Shown here piece after piece: positions 57,216 through 64,000 of a stretch of DNA of 64,000 nt; positions within the stretch are counted from its first letter, which is position 1; each line of letters opens with the position of its first letter. This DNA comes from an uncultured Gammaproteobacteria bacterium (GTDB taxonomy: Bacteria > Patescibacteriota > Microgenomatia > Levybacterales > GWA1-39-11), in NCBI GenBank assembly GCA_964450885.1, contig CAYVFE010000001.1, positions 246,572 through 310,571 of the forward strand, in the 5' to 3' direction. The position numbers and the translations under genes are program-made. The notes under the pieces are model-generated. The model did no database searches and had not been told where the DNA came from. It was given only the letters and a program-made list of their open reading frames with translations.

Positions 57216-58493
57216 TTATACTTTAAATACTATCATGAAATCTGCCACATTGGAAGGAAGCCTGCCTGTTATTATCTGTGATTTAGCTTTCTCAAAAAAG
57301 GTGAACGAATCGTTATTTTTTAGATAGTCATCAATACTTAGATTCTGATCCTGAGCATTTTGTTTTGAGGCCTTATCAGCTATTGCGCCTGCAGCTTCTG
57401 TAAAATCCCATCCATCCGTACCGACAGACGCAAAGAGAGCATCGTCACCTATTAGCCGTAGGGCTTCGAGTGTTGTTTGTTGATTTCTGCCGCCTTTTCC
57501 CTTTCCTGTAACCTCAACCGTAGATTCTCCTGCTGCAATTAGTATCCCTTTTTCATTTAAATTGGATAGTAGCTCTGATGCCACACTTTTGGCATCTCCT
57601 GATATTTTGTCTGAATAGCGAATGCAGGAAATATTTAGCTCTTTTGCTTTGTTTTCTATTGCGTCAAGAAGAGTTACATTGCTTAGGACAATCGTATTTT
57701 TGACATTTATAAAATATTTGTCATCACGTGGGTTATTGATGAAGGCCTCACGGGGGAGGCTAACTTTTTCGGAGATATTGTATTTGTTAAGAATATTTAC
57801 AGCATCATCTATAGTTGTGTCGCTTTTGACAGTAGGTCCCGATGCTATATATCGGATATCATTTCCTATGACATCTGAGTAGATAAGAGTTGCTATATGA
57901 GCTGGATAAATAATCTGTGCGAGTCCTCCACCTTTTACATCAGATAGGTGTTGACGGACGATATTCATTTCTGTGATATCTGCTCCTGATTTTAGGAGTA
58001 CTTTTCCGGCTTCGATCTTTTCATGCAAAGAGAGACTATGGGGATGGACCAGCATAGAAGATCCTCCTCCACATACTACGACAAGCACTAAGTCTTTTTC
58101 AGTGAGATTGCTAAATTTATCCATGATATTTGTAGTGAATTTCAAATTCTCTTCGGAAGGAAGGGGGTGGGTGCCGAGTGTAAATTTAATTTTTGAAAAA
58201 GTTTCTTCGACGGTATCTATGACATATCCATCTGTCAGTCTTTCTCCTAGAAGGCTTTCAAGCAGTTTCGAATTTTTAGCAGATCCTTTTCCGAATCCTA
58301 AGATGTATACGTTCGAATAATCATCTAGATTGTATGAATTATCTATTACCGTCAAAATATTGCCATCCAGTCTTACATTTTTTCTAAATACGTTTTCCGG
58401 CTGGATTGATTGGAGCCCTGTTTCTATAAGATCGAGAAGAATTTTTCTCTCAGGTGTTATATTTAAATCATCATAGTTCTGGATAAGGCGCAT
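57216..58493 (-). CDS. Glycerate 2-kinase (DUF4147/MOFRL family)
   Basis: GFGKG, HPLP, GGGSS, VKGGGL, SDVIG, IASGPT, GGRNQ, GTDG, SNVAD. Confidence 0.92.
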   Translation of the reverse strand: MRLIQNYDDLNITPERKILLDLIETGLQSIQPENVFRKNVRLDGNILTVIDNSYNLDDYSNVYILGFGKGSAKNSKLLESLLGERLTDGYVIDTVEETFSKIKFTLGTHPLPSEENLKFTTNIMDKFSNLTEKDLVLVVVCGGGSSMLVHPHSLSLHEKIEAGKVLLKSGADITEMNIVRQHLSDVKGGGLAQIIYPAHIATLIYSDVIGNDIRYIASGPTVKSDTTIDDAVNILNKYNISEKVSLPREAFINNPRDDKYFINVKNTIVLSNVTLLDAIENKAKELNISCIRYSDKISGDAKSVASELLSNLNEKGILIAAGESTVEVTGKGKGGRNQQTTLEALRLIGDDALFASVGTDGWDFTEAAGAIADKASKQNAQDQNLSIDDYLKNNDSFTFFEKAKSQIITGRLPSNVADFMIVFKV

Positions 58494-58646
58494 CGATCTA
58501 GTTTAGTAGATTTGATACGCCGAAGTAAAGTAAGTCTGTGATATAATATCCTAGATAAACGGTTGGAGCCGAATATGCAAAATTTAATCAGTTTGCTACG
58601 ACATTCGATATAGAGTTTTCTTCGGTCCCTCCATTTTAAATTTAAT

Positions 58647-59813
58647 ATGAGCGATTCATCTAAAAGAGACGAATATATAAAAAAACTTGAGAGCATAGCA
58701 TCTCTTTCGCGGGAAGAGGCAAAAAAACTCTTGATAGCTGAGGTCGAGGCTGATGCTAAAGAAGATATCGCAAAAATCATCAAAGAAACTGAGGACGAAG
58801 CGAAAGCTCAAGCTCATAAAAAAGCTCAGGAAATAATTGCGGATGCTATAAAACATGGTGCACTAGACTTTCTTCCAGAATATACGGTATCTGTAATCAA
58901 AATCGATGATGACGATATGAAGGGGCGCATTATCGGGAAAGAGGGACGAAATATCCGCGCTTTTGAGGATGCGACTGGTGTTGATGTGGATCTTGAGGAA
59001 AGAGGACTAATTCGTCTTTCAGGCTTTGACCCTGTTAGACGTCAGATTGCAAAACAATCTCTAGAGCTTCTTATGAAAGATACGAGGATCCAGCCCGTAA
59101 GGATTGAGGAAGTCGTTGAGATGAAGAAAAAAGAGATGCAAAAGACTCTTTTTGAAGAAGGAGAAAGACTTGCTCACAGCGTAAAGGCGTTCAATGTTCA
59201 CCCAGATCTTCTTACAGTTTTAGGCCGTTTCAAATTTAGGACTTCGTTCGGACAAAATCTTCTAGTCCATACTCTTGAGGAAACAAAAATTGGTGTGCAG
59301 ATAGCACACGAATTGGGTGCGGATGTCGAGACAGTAAAGTTAGGATGTCTATTTCACGATATAGGAAAAGTCGTAACAGACAAAGAAGGATCACACGTCG
59401 ATCTCGGAGTCGATCTTCTAAATCGCTATAAGATCCCTAAAGAAATAGTAAATTGTGTGGCAGAGCACCATGAGGACAAGCCATTTTCATCGATTGAATC
59501 CGTAGTCGTGCATGTTGCAGATGCTATCTCCGGAGCGCGCCCTGGAGCACGTCACGAGGACTTGCAGGATTATATGAAAAGGATTCGTGATATGGAAGAC
59601 ATCGCAAAAAGCTTTAATGGTGTAGATGACGCATATGCATTTGAGGCTGGACGTGAGATCAGGGTACTCGTCAACCCTGGAAAGCTTGATGATGTTGAAT
59701 CAACAATTCTTGCAAAAAGAATAAAAGACGAGGTCGATCGCAAGGTTATAGTTCCTGGAGTTGTCCGTGTTACAGTAATCCGTGACTTCAGGGTGACAGA
59801 ACCGAAAGAATAA
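58647..59813 (+). CDS. rny: Ribonuclease Y lacking the N-terminal anchor
   Basis: MKGRIIGKEGRNIR KH domain, RTSFGQN, HDIGK HD domain, ADAISGARPGAR, AGREIRV. Confidence 0.95.
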   Translation: MSDSSKRDEYIKKLESIASLSREEAKKLLIAEVEADAKEDIAKIIKETEDEAKAQAHKKAQEIIADAIKHGALDFLPEYTVSVIKIDDDDMKGRIIGKEGRNIRAFEDATGVDVDLEERGLIRLSGFDPVRRQIAKQSLELLMKDTRIQPVRIEEVVEMKKKEMQKTLFEEGERLAHSVKAFNVHPDLLTVLGRFKFRTSFGQNLLVHTLEETKIGVQIAHELGADVETVKLGCLFHDIGKVVTDKEGSHVDLGVDLLNRYKIPKEIVNCVAEHHEDKPFSSIESVVVHVADAISGARPGARHEDLQDYMKRIRDMEDIAKSFNGVDDAYAFEAGREIRVLVNPGKLDDVESTILAKRIKDEVDRKVIVPGVVRVTVIRDFRVTEPKE

Positions 59814-59829
59814 TCTTCCCAATCCTCTC

Positions 59830-59858
59830 TTGACAAAGAATTTTATAGAATGTATTGT
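59830..59858 (+). promoter_or_regulatory. Promoter of the HU gene
   Basis: TTGACA-N17-TATTGT; strong SD GGAGGTG before ATG 59921. Confidence 0.7.
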
Positions 59859-59920
59859 TAAATCAAGATAAATAAAGAAATTTTGTGCTTGCCCGATATT
59901 GATAGGGAGGTGAATATAAA

Positions 59921-60202
59921 ATGTCCGTAACAAAAAAAGAACTGATAGAACTAGTCGCTAAGAAAGGAAATCTTACAAATAAAGCTTCAAAACAAGCAGT
60001 AAAAGTATTCCTAGATGGAATTCGTGATAGTTTAAAGAGGGGCGAAAAGGTTGTCATTACAGGATTTGGAACTTTTTCGGTAAGAACTAGAAAAGAGAGA
60101 AAAGGAAGAAATCCAAAAACAGGTGAAGCTATAAAAATCACCGCGAGGAAAGCTCCTGGTTTTACTGCAGGAAAGAGCCTTAAAAAGGCTGTAAAGGGTT
60201 GA
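59921..60202 (+). CDS. hup: DNA-binding protein HU
   Basis: TKKELI, GFGTF, GRNPKTGE, FTAGKSLK. Confidence 0.96.
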   Translation: MSVTKKELIELVAKKGNLTNKASKQAVKVFLDGIRDSLKRGEKVVITGFGTFSVRTRKERKGRNPKTGEAIKITARKAPGFTAGKSLKKAVKG

Positions 60203-60236
60203 TAAAAACATTCAAAGTTGAGAAAATCTGCCTATC

Positions 60237-61139
60237 ATGGAAAAGGCAGTGGTGATTGTTGGGCCTACGGCGGTCGGAAAGACTTCTCTAGCAGTAAAAA
60301 TAGCAAAAGAGTTCGATGGAGCACTGTTAAGTGCAGATTCTGTACAGGTTTTTAAAACCCTTGATATTATCTCAGGTAAAGATAAAGAAGAAATCTCAGA
60401 TATTTCAGCCTTTCTTTTAGATGTTGTCTCGCCTTTTGAATCATTTTCAGTTTCGCAATTCGAAAATCTAGCAAAAGAGTCTATTGTAAGTATAATCTCT
60501 AGCAATAAATTGCCAGTTATCGTGGGTGGTACTGGACTTTATGTGAAGTCTATCGTTGATGGTATCGATACTGCATTGGTCAAGCCAGATCAAAAGCTTC
60601 GGGATTTACTCGATAAACTCTCTGTCCAAGATCTTCAGAAAAGACTTAATGCGTTAGATAAAGATTTATTTGGGTCATTGAACGATTCGGACAGGATGAA
60701 TAAAAGAAGGCTTATCCGTAAGATAGAGATTTTGAAGAACAGGAAGAAGGTAGATGTTGGTGCTAAAAAGAGGAATCTGGAATTTTTGCAGATAGGGCTG
60801 GAGCTGTCCCGTGAGGATATCAAGAAAAATATAGATGTCAGAGTTGATGAAAGAATAAAAAATGGGGGTTTGGATGAAGTGAGAAATTTATTCAATGATT
60901 ATGATGATCTGACCCCGCAAGTAAAAGATGCAAACGGATATAAGCAGCTTTTTGAACACTTTCTTGGAGTAACTAGTTTGGATGAGGCGATACTTAAATG
61001 GAAACTGTCAGAGTATAAACACGCAAAAAATCAAATGACGTGGTTTAAAAAAGACACGCGGATTAAGTGGTTTCTGGCAGATAGAAGGGACTTGTTTGAA
61101 TCTATAAAAATGGATATTGACACCTTTTTAAAAGGTTGA
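60237..61139 (+). CDS. miaA: tRNA dimethylallyltransferase
   Basis: GPTAVGKT, SADSVQVF, VGGTGLY, GYKQ, QMTWF. Confidence 0.93.
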   Translation: MEKAVVIVGPTAVGKTSLAVKIAKEFDGALLSADSVQVFKTLDIISGKDKEEISDISAFLLDVVSPFESFSVSQFENLAKESIVSIISSNKLPVIVGGTGLYVKSIVDGIDTALVKPDQKLRDLLDKLSVQDLQKRLNALDKDLFGSLNDSDRMNKRRLIRKIEILKNRKKVDVGAKKRNLEFLQIGLELSREDIKKNIDVRVDERIKNGGLDEVRNLFNDYDDLTPQVKDANGYKQLFEHFLGVTSLDEAILKWKLSEYKHAKNQMTWFKKDTRIKWFLADRRDLFESIKMDIDTFLKG

Positions 61140-61164
61140 CTCAAAACCCAATTTGTCCTATAAT
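61136..61164 (+). promoter_or_regulatory. rnpB promoter
   Basis: TTGACT-N17-TATAAT just upstream of the P1 helix. Confidence 0.85.
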
Positions 61165-61170
61165 AAACTT

Positions 61171-61525
61171 AACCTTAGGAAGAAGGGTCGTCGCCCTGAC
61201 CGTAGTAGGTTGGGGAGGAAAGTCCAGACAGGTTTAATGCCAGGGATGGAACGTAAGTTCCGGCTAGTGATAGCTAGTGTCTAGTTCCTTTATCCACATG
61301 TGGGAGCTAGAACAGGTACGGAATTAACCGGACCTGAGAGCAACAGAGACGAGTGGAAGTGAAACGGGCAATCCTACCTGCTGCAACCTCCGATCGATGT
61401 AGGACGCATTATCCATTCGCCTAATAAGCGATGACATCGAAGTTTGAGGGCATCAGATAGATGACGATCAAATACGTGTTAGTTACACGGTTCAACAGAA
61501 TCTGGCTCACTCTCTTCCTAGGGTT
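61171..61525 (+). ncRNA. rnpB: RNase P RNA (atypical S-domain)
   Basis: GAGGAAAGTCC at 61215, AGAGCAACAGAGA, GTGAAACGG, AACAGAATCTGGCT; terminal P1 AACCTTAGGAAGA/TCTTCCTAGGGTT. Confidence 0.95.
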
Positions 61526-61549
61526 TTTTAATGGTAAAATACCCCTACT

Positions 61550-64000
61550 ATGATTTCTAAAGAATTTGAGTTGCAATATAAATCTTTGAATCCTGCACAA
61601 AAAGAAGCAGTTGATACTATAGAGGGCGCTGTCATGGTGGTTGCCGGTCCTGGAACTGGAAAGACAAAGACTCTGACTCTTCGTATAGCAAATATTTTAC
61701 TAAAGACCCAGATAAATCCCGAAAACATTCTCGCACTCACTTTTACAGAAGCTGCCAGTTATGAGATGAGAAAAAGGTTACTGTCTATTATCGGGCAGGA
61801 TGCATATAGGGTGGAGATAACGACATTCCACTCTTTTTGCAATAACTTCATAAAACGTCACCAGGAAGAATTTTCAGATATGATCGCGTCAGAAAGTATT
61901 ACCGACGTTGAGCAGATAGAAATTCTGGAAAGGATTATAAATAATTTAAAACTTGTTCATATAAAACCACTTGGGGATCTGACGCATTATGTAAAGCCTG
62001 CGTTATCTGCGATAAACAACTTAAAGATGGAAAAAGTTAGCGTCAAAGATCTTTTGGGAGGACTTAAAGAAATGGAAAAGGACTTGAATAGCCGCGAAGA
62101 CCTAACCAACACGAAGGGAAAATACAAAGGCGAGATAAAAAGTACATACAAAAAAAAGTTTGCCGAGATAGAAAAGAATCGAGAGCTGGCGACCGTATAC
62201 AAAGAATATGAGAAAAAGTTAAAAGAGCAAAAAAAATACGATTATTCAGATATGATACTTGAGGTTATAAAACAGCTCCAAAATCATTCGTATCTTCTTC
62301 AGTTCCTTCAGGAGAAATTCCAATATTTTCTGGTCGATGAGCATCAGGATACAAATTCTGCGCAGAACAATTTGGTCGAAATGATGGCATCCTTCTTCCC
62401 GAATCCGAATCTGTTTGTGGTGGGTGATGAGAAGCAAGCGATCTATAGATTTCAGGGTGCGTCTCTTGAGAACTTTTTATATTTCAAAAATAAATACCCT
62501 GAGGCACGGCTTATAAATCTTTCGGAAAATTACCGTTCTACACAGATGATTCTTGATGCGACGCACTCTGTTATTTCAAATAACAAAATTTCGCAGGAGA
62601 TTCTCTCTGAGATAGACGGGCTCACAAAAAAATCTGACCACAAAGAGGAAAAGATAAAAAAAGCAGAATTTAGTAGTTTTGATAATGAGTATTATTGGAT
62701 GACAGATAAAATAAAAAATCTTTTAGAAAAGACTGACGCAAATGATATAGCAGTTCTTGTCCGCAATAACGCTGATTTAAATCCTCTCACTCCGGTATTC
62801 GATTCCCAAAAAATTCCCTATGTCATAGAGTCAGAAAGTGATGTGTTGGAGGATATAGATGTAGGAAAAATGATTCTCATACTGCGCTCGATAAATGATC
62901 CTATGAGAAATGAATATATCCTAAAGGTGATGCTTATGGATAATTTCGAAATAAATCCGCTGGATGTATTTAGGATTTCAAGTGCCCGATACGAAAAGAA
63001 AATTTCCATCTGGGAGATGCTAACGGATATAAGGATGCTTGAATCACTCGGTCTGGAGGATCCGAATTCGATAAAACGGTTCGTAAATCTTTACGCAGAT
63101 AAAAAGAAAGGGTTTTTAAAAATCGCCAGCAACAGTAGACTGGATGAGGTTTTTGTGGAGGTCATGAATAATTCGGGATTACTTGTAAAGATTCTCGAGA
63201 AACCTCACGCACAGGAGATACTGGGAAAATTGGCCAGACTTTATGACGAAGTGAAAGAGATGGTAGGACGCGATGGCGCGTATAGCCTATCTGACTTTAT
63301 TAAATATATCGATCTACTGGAGGAGCATCGTGTAAGGCTCAAAAAAAATACTCATATCGTTCCTGAGGGAGTTGTGCGCCTTATGACAGTTCACAAATCA
63401 AAAGGTTTGGAGTTTGATTACGTTTTTATCCCTCAAGCATTTGACAGCCATTGGGGGAATCAGCGGAAAAGAGGTGCGAGTTTTAATATTCCATGGGAGT
63501 ATCTGGACAGAAAAATCGTGGCAGAAGTCGAGGATGAAAATAGCGATGAAAGACGCCTTTTTTATGTAGCGCTAACTCGTGCCAGAAAAAATATATTCAT
63601 AACTTTTTCAAATGCATCGGAGGATGGCCGCGAACAAATAGCATCACAATTTCTGACAGAAATCCCTGAGCAATATATAGAGGACATAGATGTAAAAAAG
63701 TTTGAGAAGAAATTTGGAAAGAATTTGGAGCAGGTATTTACTCCGGTTACCAAAAATAAAGAGTTGAATTTTTCTAAAGAATTTGTCGCGGAGGTTTTCC
63801 GCCGTCAGGGACTTTCTGTAAGCGCTTTGAATAATTATCTGCAGTGTCCATGGAAATATTTTTTCCTAAATCTTATACGAATTCCAGAGAAGATAGAAAA
63901 TGCGGGACTTTTCGGTAACGCGATCCACGAGAGTCTAAATCGCTATATCATCTCGCTTAAAAAGGGTGATGGTAATAAAGATTTTCTTTTAGATAAATTT
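61550..64000 (+). CDS. UvrD/PcrA-like SF1 helicase with start of a C-terminal PD-(D/E)XK nuclease domain (partial)
   Basis: Not in the ORF track (open at the window end). Manual translation: LNPAQKEAV, AGPGTGKT, LTFT, DEHQDTN, VGDEKQAIYRFQGA, NYRS, MTVHKSKGLEF, RRLFYVALTRA, SVSALNNYLQCP. Confidence 0.93.
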   Translation, partial: MISKEFELQYKSLNPAQKEAVDTIEGAVMVVAGPGTGKTKTLTLRIANILLKTQINPENILALTFTEAASYEMRKRLLSIIGQDAYRVEITTFHSFCNNFIKRHQEEFSDMIASESITDVEQIEILERIINNLKLVHIKPLGDLTHYVKPALSAINNLKMEKVSVKDLLGGLKEMEKDLNSREDLTNTKGKYKGEIKSTYKKKFAEIEKNRELATVYKEYEKKLKEQKKYDYSDMILEVIKQLQNHSYLLQFLQEKFQYFLVDEHQDTNSAQNNLVEMMASFFPNPNLFVVGDEKQAIYRFQGASLENFLYFKNKYPEARLINLSENYRSTQMILDATHSVISNNKISQEILSEIDGLTKKSDHKEEKIKKAEFSSFDNEYYWMTDKIKNLLEKTDANDIAVLVRNNADLNPLTPVFDSQKIPYVIESESDVLEDIDVGKMILILRSINDPMRNEYILKVMLMDNFEINPLDVFRISSARYEKKISIWEMLTDIRMLESLGLEDPNSIKRFVNLYADKKKGFLKIASNSRLDEVFVEVMNNSGLLVKILEKPHAQEILGKLARLYDEVKEMVGRDGAYSLSDFIKYIDLLEEHRVRLKKNTHIVPEGVVRLMTVHKSKGLEFDYVFIPQAFDSHWGNQRKRGASFNIPWEYLDRKIVAEVEDENSDERRLFYVALTRARKNIFITFSNASEDGREQIASQFLTEIPEQYIEDIDVKKFEKKFGKNLEQVFTPVTKNKELNFSKEFVAEVFRRQGLSVSALNNYLQCPWKYFFLNLIRIPEKIENAGLFGNAIHESLNRYIISLKKGDGNKDFLLDKF

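Noticed and set aside
61531-61560. Nine-codon ORF MVKYPYYDF overlapping the helicase start
   Set aside because: Coincides with the TGgTAAAAT promoter element; no support for translation
623-63753. Many 60-200 aa ORFs antisense or out of frame within recognised genes (e.g. 6190-6792, 39357-39842, 3982-4407)
   Set aside because: Shadow ORFs of well-supported genes, with no motifs or expression signals
1-64000. Alternative genetic code (UGA=Gly) as in some CPR lineages
   Set aside because: Conserved genes are full length under code 11, and TGA ends hup, miaA and lexA at expected positions

Overview
Compact, AT-rich bacterial chromosome segment using the standard genetic code. It most likely comes from a Candidate Phyla Radiation (Patescibacteria, probably Microgenomates-like) genome; this is inferred from the absence of rpmD/L30 between rpsE and rplO, a reduced RNase P RNA, rare Shine-Dalgarno use and tight gene packing. 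The left part (1-30.8 kb) holds a partial cyclophilin, pepP, guaB-guaA, a stand-alone fusA, a two-subunit ATP-citrate lyase followed by murB, alkA, msrA and an ABC exporter. It also holds a surface-glycan cluster (lysozyme/SLT-like protein, LytR_C protein, GH18, PQQ-type sugar dehydrogenase-PKD-3xCBM, and a GC-rich GT2 synthase-GH26 hydrolase fusion) and a lexA-dinB cassette with a clear operator. The middle (31-48.8 kb) is tuf plus the S10-spc-alpha-L13/S9 superoperon, with rpmJ moved between rplX and rplE. The right part holds recX-recA, tRNA-Pro(GGG), a glycerate kinase/split transketolase/two FAD-oxidoreductase operon, rny, HU, miaA, rnpB and a partial UvrD-nuclease. Strongest leads: (i) the GT2-GH26 fusion facing a CBM-bearing sugar oxidoreductase, flanked by a long structured 5' leader and a three-way-junction terminator; (ii) a second long structured leader before the SLT-like gene; (iii) pervasive leaderless promoter architecture; (iv) an atypical RNase P RNA. 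All calls come from motif recognition by eye; no searches or folding programs were run.
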